From positions 10,230,001 to 10,294,000 of the forward strand of contig NC_091482.1 in NCBI RefSeq assembly GCF_036971445.1: DNA of 64,000 nt, read 5' to 3'. The position numbers were made by a program, and so were the translations under genes. Below are positions 1 through 12,378 of this stretch, piece by piece; within the stretch, counting starts at the first letter, position 1; every line of letters begins with the position of its first letter. The notes under the pieces were generated by a model, which saw nothing but the letters and a program-made list of their open reading frames with translations, made no database searches and was not told where the DNA came from. The stretch comes from Narcine bancroftii. Its lineage: Eukaryota.

Positions 1-693
1 TAGTCATGGAGAGAGGTTTCCATAGAAATGCATGATCTTAAATTTCAGCTGCTAATTCTAAACTTTAAAGGTTTAATTATATATTTTCCTTTTATAAACT
101 CACGTTTCAAGGTTTTTTTTACAACCTATGTAATACTGCATATATTCATGTAATAGTTGAGTTTTGGGGACCAATTTTTCGGGTCAAATTTGGGGACACA
201 AATATTACTTTTGACCGTAGTAAGTACCTGCTTCGTGCCCGTCTTTCAGGGTTATGTCCAGGTCCGTGCAGTGTTGGAGTGGGAACATGTGGTGTCTGAG
301 GGGATGGTGGCTGAGTTCAGGCAACAGTGGGTCCCCCAGGGAATCAGTGATGACAAAAATCATGTTTTAATTTGATGGGTAATACTGTGTAATAGAGAGT
401 GGTCATAATTATTGCTTCTTGTGGTTTTGTTGCCACATGCTATGGTGGTTTTTGATTTTAGTTGTAGTTTGAATAAAGTTTGTAAGTTTATTTTTTTTAA
501 AAAGTACCTGATTCATTCAAGGCGTCGGGAGTTCGGATGGCCAGGACCACCTCTCATCCTCCTTTCACCCACCTACAACTGTAGGTTATTCAAGTGGCCA
601 GTTAACCTACCAGCAGGACATTGGGATTGAGGGGGAAAACAACAGATGGGCCACACTGAGAGTCAGGATTGAACCCAAGTCACTGGAGATGGA

Positions 694-1030
694 GCAATGT
701 TCCCTCTAATGTTTCGTAGTCGGTGTGCACAAAAATCTTTTGTTGTGTCCATTTTTTTTTTCCTGTGACAAAAGTATGTGCAGGCTAAATGCTTGTGCAG
801 ATGTAAACTTGAAATTTCAAGATCATTTTGGCCCAGCCTATCTTTCATGGCTAATAAAACTCTATTGGCATGTTTTAATATAATACAAGTAGGATTGCAT
901 TCTACGAAATAATGATTATAATTATTAAGTACTACGTTATTTTAGGTAACTAGCCTTTTGTGCACACATTAATTCCTTTTGTGCACTGGTTGCAAACTAT
1001 GTGCGCACGCACACAGCTTAGAGAGAGCAG
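694..1030. mobile_element. hAT-like non-autonomous DNA element (second copy ~31263-31605)
   Basis: Ends caatgttccctctaa ... cttagag(a/g)g, with colinear internal similarity between the two copies. Confidence 0.6.
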
Positions 1031-1255
1031 CAGGCAAGGGTGCTAACAGCCACACCAGTGTGCCAGAGAAGGAATCGAGAATAGAATAGTGCTAAGGCTT
1101 GGCACTGAATAGATAGCAAGACTACACAACTGAAATGTTACCTAATTACCAGGCAAGGGCAACAGAGAATGAGAAGAGATTGTATGAGATGTAAATGTCA
1201 CTTGAGGGAGAAGGGAATAGAAGAATATGTTGAGATTAATCGCAAAGAAAGTATA

Positions 1256-1962
1256 CGAAAATGTTGCCTGGATTGCAGTATCTTGAATACGGAGAAAGAT
1301 TGAGTAGACTGGGACTTTATTCATTGGAACGTAGAATGTTGAGAGGGGATTTGATAGAGGTATGAATAGGCTCTTTCCCGCTGATGAGAGTGGAACAAAG
1401 GGTCATGGGTTAGGGGGAAATCTTTAGGAGTAATATAAGAGGATGCTTCTTCACTCAGAGAGTGGTGGTTGAGTGGAATGATCTTCCGGAAGAGGTGTGG
1501 TGGTACACCACCGGCCTACTGCAGGGGGCAACCTCTGTACCTCCAGGAGTGTAAGGGGACAGGACAACACCTGGCTGGCTGTCAATCAGTCGGCCTGAAT
1601 GTATCAAGCCCCACCCGGTCGGGTGTCAATCACCCTCCGGGATATAAGCCTGCGCCGTCCTCCCAAGGCCTCACTTGGAGTTGCTGCAGCCACAGCCAGC
1701 CTGGCTCTGTGGAAGTCTTTGTGGATTAAAGCCTGTTGTACAGTCTTTACCTTGTGTGTGTCTGATTCTGGCTAACAGCGCACCACAAGTGGTAGTTGTG
1801 GCAGGGTCAATTCTGTCATTTAAGAGGAGGTTAGATGAATACATGGATGTGAGGGGATTGAGTGTTAGGGCAAGGTGGAACTAGTGGAGTTTCACGTAAA
1901 TTGGTCGGACTAGAAAGGTCGATATGCCTGTTTCCGTACTGTAAATTGTTATATGGTTATAT
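1256..1962 (+). mobile_element. CR1 LINE 3' fragment interrupted by a solo LTR
   Basis: RT C-terminal remnant and GTTATATG-type tail. Sister fragments at ~4025-4175 and ~12750-13065. Confidence 0.8.
1496..1787 (+). mobile_element. Solo LTR (292 bp)
   Basis: tgtggtg...caccaca inverted termini (TG..CA), TATA-like gatataag, ATTAAA, and a 5-bp TSD agagg/agtgg. The empty site is seen in the CR1 copy at ~12875-12890. Confidence 0.85.
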
Positions 1963-2232
1963 AATTGGGGCTTGAGCAAAATATTAACATTAACGTCAAC
2001 CAGGAATGAGCTGTTTCTGGGCTCAATGTGCTTTGTAACAGTTCACATGAGTTGATTTTTTAAAAATTTACAACACGGAAGAAGCTAATTCCAGCCACTC
2101 AATTACACTCAAATGAACCTGCAACACCGTATATTTTTAGAGGGTGGGAGGAACCCAGAGGAAACTCACACGGACAGGGGGAGAATGTACAAATTGTCTT
2201 TTATTCTTAAATACCATATTTTTGCTTTTCAG

Positions 2233-2333
2233 ACGACAGAAGCAGAACTGTTCGGGAACAATGAGGAAAGCCCAGAATTTAAAGAGTTCCTTAACTTGCT
2301 CGGAGACACAGTTGTCCTCCAAGATTTCAAAGG
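2233..2333 (+). CDS. RAP1GAP2: RAP1GAP2 exon ([34 protein letters not shown])
   Basis: ttttcag acceptor, gtgagt donor, 101 nt, phase 0 to 2. Confidence 0.93.
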
Positions 2334-3143
2334 GTGAGTGAAACAGAATGCAGGGAATTGGCGAGGAAGAGGCTTCACCCCCGCCACCCCCTTTCAAGTT
2401 CGTCTTTTCAGGCATTTCCATCTATTCCTTGCCCCTCGACTGCCAAGGTCTACCAATTTGAATACACATTTGGACTGAGCTCCACATCCCTGGGGTAGAG
2501 ACTGATGAAGATTCACATGCCTTTGCGTGGGGAAATATCCCCCTTATCTTGTTGTCTGTGCCACTCTACTGCCCATCTGCACCCTATTTGAACCTGAGAA
2601 TGAATTTAATGGAACAATACTGAAAAAAAAACTTTTGAATCATTGCCAGATTGTTGGTTGATGGAAGATTTCACATTTGATGATAAGCTGATGAAGTTGG
2701 GCTAGAATCCTGAGTCAAGGAATATCTACCCCCTCAAGCTCCTGCAGTTCTGGGTGAATTTGCACTCAGTTCACCCACAGTCTAATCCTTTTTTAATTTC
2801 AGAAAATCAGCACAGAAACAAGGCCTTCCAGCCCATGTTGCCCAAATGCACCCAATTAACTGACCAACCTCAGATATTTTTGAGGGTGGGAGGAAACCAG
2901 AGCACCCAGGGAAAACCCACGCAGTCACAGGGACAAGATACAAACTCCTTACACACAGTGATGGATTTGAACCCAGGTTGCTGGCATTGTAATAGCATTG
3001 TGCTAACTGCTTCATTAACCATGGCTGAATTTTGAAGGCAATTTCTATTCACCATGTTTAACGTCACTCCACAAACACAAGATTCATGCTAACCTTGAAA
3101 GCCTCCATGCATAGAAAAGTTGTAGCATACTTTATCATTGCAG

Positions 3144-3273
3144 TTTCCGAGGAGGCCTTGATGTAGCTCATGGTCAGACCGGGTTTGAGTCTGTCTACAC
3201 TGTCTTCAAGCACCGAGAGATCATGTTCCACGTCTCCACAAAGCTCCCCTTTACAGAGGGAGACACTCAACAG
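3144..3273 (+). CDS. RAP1GAP2: RAP1GAP2 exon ([13 protein letters not shown]...[15 protein letters not shown])
   Basis: cattgcag acceptor, gtaagt donor, 130 nt; completes the GG+T Gly codon. Absent from the ORF track. Confidence 0.95.
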
Positions 3274-3297
3274 GTAAGTTCAAAGAGGCACACATAC

Positions 3298-3931
3298 TTT
3301 TTTTTTTAAACCAAAAATAGATTTTATTCACAATAAATTATATACAAAGGGATAACTGTTCAAAAATCTCTTCCCACCCTTAATTTTGTTTCCATCACTG
3401 TACATTATTTCAGTCATTTCTATTTACACCATTACACCTGTGACACCTTGCCGTTACTCCCCCTGTTGGTTGAGGGACTTCCCCTCGATCTCAGCCCCCC
3501 CCCCCCCCCCCCCATGCCCGGTAACGGGAGGACTCTCCACTGTGGACCTTCCACACAGCACCAAGCCTCAGTGTGAGCATGAGCACGTACGCCTGCAGCC
3601 TGGAATGTGCCAGTCGGCAGCATTCCTGAACAGACATCTCCAGATGCTAAAAGATCAACAGATTCGGGCAGACCAAAGTGCATCTTACACTAAGTTGATG
3701 GTCTTCCAGCAGTTCTGGACATCTGACACTGTGTATGTCCCTGGGAACAGCCTGTAGATCAGAGAGTTCTCTGACACACTGATCCTGGGGATGAACCGTG
3801 ACAAAGACCCTTGCATCCTTCTCCACACACAGTCTGAGCCAATCTGCTTTCAGCAAAGAGGCAGGCAAATGTCTTCTCTCCACCACAGTCATCTTGGGGA
3901 CAATGTGCATTGTGGGTGAAGGTCAGTTGTA
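3298..3931 (-). mobile_element. Tx1/L1-clade LINE 3' fragment
   Basis: Minus strand reads CPQDDCGGE..LFAE (degenerate CCHC), SRFIP, LFPGT, DALWSAR, CCRLAHS, then AATAAA and polyA (T-run at 3298-3307 on +). Confidence 0.75.
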
Positions 3932-5317
3932 GAGGAAGGATCTGACTGGGCAGACTCCTCTCACCAAATCTGAAATCAATATTTAAAGAAATAACAGTCA
4001 TTTAACAGAAGGATAAGAGATGAAGTTAGATGAGTACATGGATGTGAGGGGGTTGGGAGGGTTATGGGCAAGGGAGTGGGTAGGTGGAACTAGTAGAGTT
4101 TCATGTAAATTGGTGCGGACTAGAAGGGCCGATATGGCCTGTTTCTGTACTGTAAATTGTTATATGGTTATATGAAATGAACATCACAGAGGGTGATGGG
4201 TTCCGGAATTCATAGCCTGGGATGTTAACTGACCTACTGAGTTTCTGCTGGTAGCATTAAGTCTCTTGTCACAATTCTTCTGTGAGCATTCTAATAGGTC
4301 AGCTCTAACATTCATACAGCCGTACGAAATAGAGGAAAGAAGCAGAATTTCAAAGTGGAGTTACACTGATGTTCCAAGCGTTGGAGTGCAGGGAAGGCAG
4401 AGTAGAAGGGTTATGTTTTATGAGAAGAGCTGGTGCCATCAGGTGATTCTGGTAGAAGCTTCCTGTGCATACTAACCATAGATGAGGCACTCACCAGTCT
4501 TGAACGGTCTGCCATTGTCCAGGATCTGAGCTCAAGCTTGGTGCTTGATGGGTTAACCGGAGCATGAGCGCAGCTGATGGCGCGAGTCAGGTCCTTCACA
4601 AGAATCAGGGAGGAAGCATATGGTTCTCAAGTGGACACAGAACAGGGCAACACAGTACAGGCCTTTCGGCCCACAGTGTTGTGCCAACTGATAGAAACCT
4701 ATTCCTTCATTAATCTTCCCATCTGCCATCAGATTTCTGAATGAACAACGGACACTACCTCACTTTCTCCTATTCTCTTGCACTATTTATTATTGATTTT
4801 AAAATGTAATTTATTTCACTATTTGCACTGCTGCAAAAGGCAAATTTCGTGACATGTTCATGACAATAAAATTCCCTCCTTCACACACCATAAACACCCC
4901 CTTTTTCTTTCATTCATCTGCCTCAGAGTCTCTTAACCCTTTGGACCCTGGCCACTTTTAACCTTTCATAATATATACTCCGAGCTGGGTCCATGGGTAA
5001 ACTACAGTATGAACCAGCTGGTGGTTTGGTATAAAATCAATCCCAGAAAACTGGGACACAGAGATATGCACTTGTTAGTAGACACAGAGTCCAAAGATTT
5101 AAATGTCCCAAGTGTAGCGGCCTCAACTATCAACCCCAGCAATGTATTTCAGGCACCCACCATCTCCCTCGCTCAACTTAAACAGATGTCCTCTGGTGTT
5201 GGCCATTGGGAAAAATACCGCCCTGGTTAAAATAGCGACTTGAAGTCATTCTTATCAGCATCCAGGAACCCCGCTGCTTCCTTGTTTTGGCTAATTGTTC
5301 AGTGTCTTCCACTACAG

Positions 5318-5473
5318 CTGCAGAGGAAACGGCACATAGGGAATGACATCGTGGCACTCGTGTTCCAAGAGGAAAACACCCCTTTTGTTCCTGATATGAT
5401 CGCCTCAAACTTCCTTCATGCCTACGTTGTGGTACAGCTCGAGACCTCTGGCGCAAGTGAAACAACCTACAAG
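5318..5473 (+). CDS. RAP1GAP2: RAP1GAP2 exon with catalytic Asn ([40 protein letters not shown]...TYK)
   Basis: ctacag / gtaacc, 156 nt. KRHIGND is the Rap-GAP asparagine-thumb motif. Confidence 0.96.
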
Positions 5474-5599
5474 GTAACCTGCATTGAAGCTATTTAAAGT
5501 GCATAAGGGATTGGAGCAGGATCAGGTCATTTAGCCCCTTGAGCCTGGTCTACCATTTGTTAGATCATGGCTGATCCTTCCCTCAGGCACCACGATTGA

Positions 5600-6375
5600 A
5601 GTAGAAACACAATGCTGGAGAAACTCAGCCAATCAAATGGTGTACGTTATGTGGCAAAGATAAAGGCACATAACCAACGTTTTGGGCTTGAGTTTTTCAT
5701 CAAGGTATGAAAAATGTCGACAGATGTCCAAATAAAATGGTGTGGTGGGGGGGTGCAAGGGGAGGAATATGGTCCCAAAGGCAAGCAGCAAGGTTGGCAT
5801 AGCAGTGCCTTTACAGCACCAGTGATTGGAACTTGGGTTCGAAACCCACACTGTCTGGAAGGAGTTTTTATGTTCTCCCCACGTCTGTGTGGGTTTTCCC
5901 CAGGGGCTCTGGCTTCCTCCCATGGTTCAAAATGTACAAGGGGTGTAGGTTCATTGGGTGTAAATTGGGCGGCACAGACTCATGGGCTGAAATGGCCTGT
6001 TACTGTGCTGAATGTCTAAATTTAAGAATTTTTTTAAATGCAATAGGTGGATAAGTGGGGAGAGCACATCAGCAAGCTTTGTGAATGGAGAGAGAAGTGG
6101 GTGGAGAGCTGAAGGGACAAAGGGAAAGGGAGGGAGAACAGAGAGTAGGCTGGCAGAAACTGGGGAAGTCAATGTTAATGCCATCTATTTGGAGAGTGCC
6201 CAGATGGAAAATCAAATGATCCTCCAATTTAATGGGTGGTCTTGGTGGGATAGTGCATGAGGCCACAGCCAGATGTGTGATCACTGTAATGGGGTGCAGA
6301 ATTAATATGGTTGGCCACTGGGAGATCCCTGTCACTAATGCAGACAGAGCAAAGGTACTCAGCGAAATGATCACC
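5600..6375 (-). mobile_element. Penelope-like element 3' fragment with nested SINE (~5790-6035)
   Basis: GIY-YIG C-terminal remnant (KLEDHLIFHLGTLQ.DGINIDF) plus the gctgagtttctccagcattgtg terminus. Similar copies at ~7020-7490 and ~16400-16810. Confidence 0.7.
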
Positions 6376-6755
6376 AGTATGCGCCTAGAAAAGGCTTTGC
6401 CTCAGTGAGTTCCACAGCCCATTTTGATTGGGAGTGGAGTAAAGGTATTCCTCTTCCTTTCTATCTGTGTATCCTGAGATTATGCCCCCTAGCTCTGTGG
6501 GGGTGGGGCTGAGTTTTCACCCTGCCAGTAGTGAACCAGTGAACTCGTCCATCTACTGGGAGTGCAGGGAGCGGGAAGGTTTTCTGCAGGTCAGTTCCTT
6601 CTGCAGTTGATCAGCACTTTTCAACATTTTCCTGATGTTCTTCCCCACTGGAATCAAATGTGATCTCGAGTTACCTGGTGTTTGGATAAACACCATCTAA
6701 TTGATGCAGGCTTCATTCAAAAAACACTCACGTTTATCTTTGAAACCTTTGCCAG

Positions 6756-6827
6756 GTGTTAGTCACTGCTCGAGAGGGCGTTCGCCATTTTGGCCCACCA
6801 TTGCCAAGCCCATCTGTGTTTAAGAAG
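6756..6827 (+). CDS. RAP1GAP2: RAP1GAP2 exon (VLVTAREGVRHFGPPLPSPSVFKK)
   Basis: tttgccag / gtaaga, 72 nt, phase 0. Confidence 0.93.
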
Positions 6828-8224
6828 GTAAGATGCCCTAATTGATTTGTAGCTTGTTGTTCTGTCAGTGGAGGATAAACTTTATTATACAGACATATCA
6901 TTCGAGTGGTTCAACAATGAACTTTATGCTGGTTTCTCTTTTCACTCCTGAGGGAAGAGCTCTTGATTCCTCAGTGAGGCAACAAGCAGCGATTGGGTAT
7001 ATTTTAAAGACAAAGATGTAAACAAATAAGTGTTGGAGAAGCTCAGGAGGCAAAGATAATATAATGTTTTGGCCCTGAGCCCTAATCTAAGTATGAGCAA
7101 AAAACAGGCAGGTGTCTGAATTAAAAAGATAGGGGGAGGAGGGAAGAAGGGGCACAGGCCAGAGGCCAGAGGTGGACATGGAAAGGACAGGGGAGAAAAG
7201 CTTAGAACTGATCTTGGAGGTGAGGTAGCTCTGTGAAAGCAGAGCTGGAAGAAAGGAGACAGAGGGATGGGGTAAATAAGTACAAGGGGAAAGGAGCTAG
7301 AGGAAAGGAGACCTGGAGAGAGGGGACAAAGGGGAAAGAGGGAGAGAGAAACAGAGACAGGAAAGGGGGGGTGGTTAATGGAAAATGGAGGTCAATGTTA
7401 ATGCGAACTGGTTAGAGGGTGCATGGAAGGAATATGAGTTGTTGTTCCTGCAATTTGTGGGTGGTCTCAATTTGGCAGTGCATGATGGACAGACACCCTG
7501 AAATATGGAACAAAAATAGAAAATGTGGGAAACTCTTTGCAGGTCGGGCAGCATCTAGGGAGAGAGAGGCACACAATGTATCAGCTCAGTGACCTTTTAT
7601 GAGAACTGAGATAAGTTAGAAGTCGAACATATTTTACATTGAAGAGATGTGAAGGGACGGGCAGGGAGAACAAGGCAAACATCTGTGATAGGGTGGAGAC
7701 CAGGCTGAGAGAGGGAGGTTAAAGATGATCCTGTCTGGAGGAGTAGAAAATAAGAGGTGATAGAGGATGAAGGAAAAAGGGAGAATGCAGCACTGGCTCT
7801 GTGAGACGCGCAACACTGTGACTGTTACAAATCGGACCACAGAAAATGCTGGTTTTCCCCGAAGGCCAGGCAGCATCTATATAGAGAGGAACAATGAATT
7901 CACGTAATGTGTTGATATCGCCAGTTCCGGCTGGTTACTCATGTAAATGTTGATTCCATGTAAAAGTCGACCCCACCGCCCAGCCTATTTTTGACCCCGC
8001 CCGCCTCCCGACACCCTGACCACCGACTTTCGCCTAGGCCCTGGCCACCCACCTGACCATCTGAGTTCCCTATCCTTCAACCACCGTCTCTCACCTAGGT
8101 CCCACTCGCCCACCCATCTGAGCTCCCGACTCCTCAAACAACATAGGCACTTACCACGGTCAGAAATAATATGCATGTAATAGTCAACCCCCTAAATTTT
8201 ACCCTAAAAATTGGTCCACAAAAT

Positions 8225-9800
8225 TCGACTGTTGGAAGAAGTAGAAGTGAACTGTGGCTTTCCATAGATAGAATGTGCAATTCCCCAGAGACTGGGAAGG
8301 GAAGTGGTGGAAGAGTAAGGGTTGTTTCTCGCATAATACCATGAGAAGTTGATGGAGATGGGAGAGTGAACAAGGAAGCCTCAGAGGAAACAATCCCTTT
8401 GGAAGGGGGGAGGGAGGAAGTCAGTAGAAATGACAGAAAAGGGTCTATTGGAGGGTGGAAGGTGATGATGGCTGGGCAGAGAGAAGGTGAGAGGAGAAGA
8501 TGCAATTGAGAGCTCTGTCAGCCATGGTGTATTGGAAGCCACGGTCAGGTAAACAGAAGAAACTCAGAGCACTGATGTGGAAAGTTTTGCCATCCAAACA
8601 GATATAATGGGGCTTGGGAATGGAATGCTTTCAGGAAGCAGAGGAGGAGGAGGACAAAGTAAAGGGGGAGAGTCTGAGGGTTTGATTGAGGAAGTTGTTA
8701 TTGCTGGTGTTCAACCTCTATGAGGTCGAGGTTAGCCTTCCCTAATACAACAGCGATTGAGGTGACAGTGTTGGAGTTGGACCTCAGCATGTGGAGTACT
8801 TGCAAGGTCAGAGTTGAGAGGGGAAGTAGGAGTAGATGGAGCTGGTCAGCATGAAGAGTGGAATATTGAGAGTCAGTTACAGACTGAGAGTTAGCGTTGA
8901 ACAGATCTCAAGGTGATGAGAGGCCAGAGGGATGGCATCATTGGAAATACTAGGAACAGGAAATAGAGTCATATTCCAGGGTAAAGTCACTTGGCCAAAG
9001 AGGTGTGTGCAGAGGGAGCAGAAGAAGAGTTGAACATAGTGGGCACCATTGAACAGCAGCAATCATCAATGACCCACACCACTCAGCACTCGCTGCTGCC
9101 GTCAGGAAAGAGGTATTGGTGCCACAAGACTAACACCACCAGGTTCAGGAACATCTGCTCCCCCTCCACCATCAGACTCAACGACAAACTCAATCAGGGA
9201 CTCATTTAAGAACTCTGACGTGTACTTTATTGTTGTTTATTGCACAGTCAGTTTGTTTACAGGGGCCATGAGTTCATTCCTCGCTGGGGCCTAATTTCAG
9301 TGAGGGGGTGGTTGACAAAGTGGCGACTCTCTGTCTTCCTTACAGTAGGCACAGTTAAAGACTTCCATGTACATTACAATAATGGAACCTTTAGCTTTAT
9401 TCGTTTACATGTGTAACTTGAATCAGTTCTTTTTGCTCTGCCAATGTGGTAATTCTGCCTGGCCTGCAGGGAGAAAAAAAATCTCAGGGTTGTATGTGAT
9501 GTCATGCATGTTCTCTGACAATAAATTTGAGATGGGGATGTGGGGGAGAGGGTCGCCACTTTGTCAACCACCCCCTCACCGAAATTAGGCCCCAGCGAAG
9601 AATGATGAGGCCTCTGCAGGGGCAGAAGGGAAGGGACAGATCAATCAGAACTGGAGAGAAGATCATGAGAGCAGGAGAGATGAGATCAGGGTTCCCGGAG
9701 GAGTAGTGGTATTCAAAAGTTGTTGATGTTTGCCATCTTTGATGCCCATAAGGAAGACGAGGGTTGGGTGTGGGGTGGTGGGAGGGGGATGGGATATTGG
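8225..9800 (-). mobile_element. Old Penelope-like RT/GIY-YIG remnant interrupted by a Rex/Babar-type fragment (~9050-9530)
   Basis: Heavily degenerate; resembles the PLE segment upstream of the GIY-YIG domain. Confidence 0.45.
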
Positions 9801-9937
9801 CTTCGTGCTCTGAAAGGTGATTCTGTCCAAAGGGTACACCTTGGACCCTGGGCACACCTTGCCCAGCTGGTCCACAGCGTCTCAAAACATGATTTACTCA
9901 GACACTAAATTCCTGACCATTTGCTTTATCTGAACAG

Positions 9938-10024
9938 GGCCCCGAATTCAGAGAGCTTCTGCTCACAAAGCTGATCAACGCTGAATCGGCCTGCTACAAG
10001 TCTGAGAAGTTTGCAAAGCTGGAG
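9938..10024 (+). CDS. RAP1GAP2: RAP1GAP2 exon ([29 protein letters not shown])
   Basis: gaacag / gtaagg, 87 nt, phase 0. Confidence 0.95.
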
Positions 10025-11131
10025 GTAAGGAAGCGAGCTCTCGGCAGGGTGTGAAGTGCTTGAAGTTCCTTTCACAGCCTTGCTGCCTAAGATCAAGGGC
10101 CATGTGTCCAGCAACTCCAGTTCAATCTCTAGAGCATCAGAGGCTGATAGAACTGTGAGAGGCATTGTAGGGAGACCAACAGAATCTCTTTTTCTCTCCA
10201 GGATAAAGATGCCATACACGAGAGAACATGTTTAAAGTGGGGGAAATTTAAGGGAGATATCCTGGGCAATTTTTTTTTTCTTTCCTGGAACGGCTGCCAG
10301 AATTGAGGGAAGCAGATCCCATAGTAGCAATTTAGAGGCTTCTTGATATACCCACAAAAATGCAGGAAAGATCAGGATATGCATCACGTGCAAGGTGCAG
10401 AGTTTTAGATTTATTTTGGGCATCGTGTTTGGTACAGACACGTGGCTAAAGGACCTGTTCCTGTACTATACTACATGTTCTACATTGTTCTGTTATCCTG
10501 GCTCTCTGTGTGAAGTTTGCACAATATCCCTAGTGGGTTTCCCCTGAGGGTTACCATTTTGCTCCCACATCCCTATCAAGTTGGATAGGTGCATTGGCCA
10601 CTGTAAATTGTCCCTAATGTGTAGATGGATAGAAGGAGAATTCAGGATGGAGTTGATGTACAGCTGAGAGACCATAGGACATGGGTAGATAGATAAGTAA
10701 GGTCTGGAGTTGATGGGATGGACTCAGTGGTGTCTGTCTAACTTCTAAGGAAACACGATTAGAATAACAGTTAGGGCAACGCTATTACAGCGCCAAAGGC
10801 CTGGGTTCGAATCTGGAGCCATCTGTAAGGAGTTCGTATGATCTCCCTGTGTCTGCTTGAGTCTCCTCCAGGTGCCCTGTTTTCCTCTGACCCTTCAAAA
10901 AGATACAGGGTTGTAAGTTAATCGGTGATTTTGGCGGCATGGGTTCATGGGCCAGGACCTGTTACCGTATTGTAGGTCTTAAGTTTAAAATAAATATGAG
11001 AAGCAGCAAACTTGTTTCCATCTTGATAACGTGCACCTTGCTGCATACAAAGCAAAGATGCTGACTGTGGAGTGAAAGCTCAAATAAAATAATGATTACA
11101 AAGTGCATGTGCTTTTGATCTTGCTGCTCAG

Positions 11132-11266
11132 AATCGCACAAGAGCCGCATTACTGGACAACCTGTACGAAGATCTCCACAACCAGTCGCAGGCTATGCTG
11201 GGCCTGGGCTCGGATGAAGAGAAGATAGAAAATGACACCCATGGAGGATTCCTGGAGTCTTTCAAG
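11132..11266 (+). CDS. RAP1GAP2: RAP1GAP2 exon ([26 protein letters not shown]...GGFLESFK)
   Basis: gctcag / gtaaag, 135 nt, phase 0. Confidence 0.94.
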
Positions 11267-12139
11267 GTAAAGGCAACTTGTCACCAATGAGATGCACCTT
11301 CACCAGAGTTGAGTGTCTCTCAACCCTTCTCCCTCAATGTGAACCAGTTTTTGCCTGCATTCCAGTTTGTCTCCTCTTCATTTTCCTTGACACCCTGACC
11401 CAACAGAACACTAAAAATTTCAGTCTTTCACACTGACAAATCTCTGGAGCCTTTTGGAGGAAGAGGATTCTCGATTTACCCTCCCTGTGAGATAAAGCTT
11501 TCTCTGTAAATGGGCAATGCCTAATTTTAAGATCCTGCTCCTCCATGGAAGCAAATAGTTTTGTTCAATCTTCTTGATTGAAATCTTGAGTTTGGGGTGG
11601 CACGGTAGGCGTAGCGGTTAGTGTAAAACCATTGGAGCATCAGCGATATGGTTTCGAATCCGGCACTGTCTGCACATGCTCCCCGTGTCTGTGGGAGTTT
11701 CCGGGGTGCTCCGGTTTTCTCCCACATTCCAGAAACTTATGTGCCTGTAGGCTAATTTGGGTGTAATTGGGCGGCACAAATTTCAACAGTCGGAATTGGC
11801 CTCTACCATGCTGTAAATAAAACTTTAACATTTTAATTTCTCCTCAGAAGGATTACATTGAATTTTCCTCATTCCTGACAGTCAACAAATCCAGCCAGGT
11901 TTATCCTTCAATATTCCACCAATCTTTGAAACCTTTTATAATTTTATTTTGCTTGTGAAAAAAAAATGCAAGAAAGAGGTTTATCCCCGCTTTGCTTGTG
12001 CGAAATGTGTGTCTCAGCATGCTCATAGACTTTGGTGAGATAGAATGTGAAGTTTGACATTCCAATGATCAGGTAACATTAGCAAACTAAAGATAGATAT
12101 ATTCCCCAGTATGTTGGCAGATGAAAGGATAGAGGGAAG

Positions 12140-12378
12140 GCACGGTTGGTGTAGTGGTTAGTACAACACCTTTACTGCACCATCGATAGGGATCAGGGTT
12201 CGAATCCCGCACTGTCAGTAAGGAGTTGATACATTCTCCCTGTGTCTGCGTGGGCTTTCCCCAGGGGCTCTGGTTTCCTCCTACCGTTCTAAACATACTG
12301 GGGGTGTAGCTTAATTGGGAGTAAATTGAGCGGCACAGACTCATGGGCCTGTTACCGTGCTGTATGTCTAAATTTAAA
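12140..12378 (+). mobile_element. tRNA-derived SINE (representative of more than 12 copies)
   Basis: A box tggtgtagtgg, B box ggttcgaatcc, central ctctggtttcctcc core. Other copies near 2060, 2805, 5790, 10768, 11597, 15571, 17868, 24915, 30225, 43060, 46160 and 50100. Confidence 0.85.

Noticed and set aside
1-2232. Upstream RAP1GAP2 exon (FKFGVIYQ region)
   Set aside because: Not found by eye; the region is transposon-derived, so the exon is presumably before the window.
11597-12220. tRNA genes
   Set aside because: A and B boxes are present but run into SINE bodies, with no complete cloverleaf.
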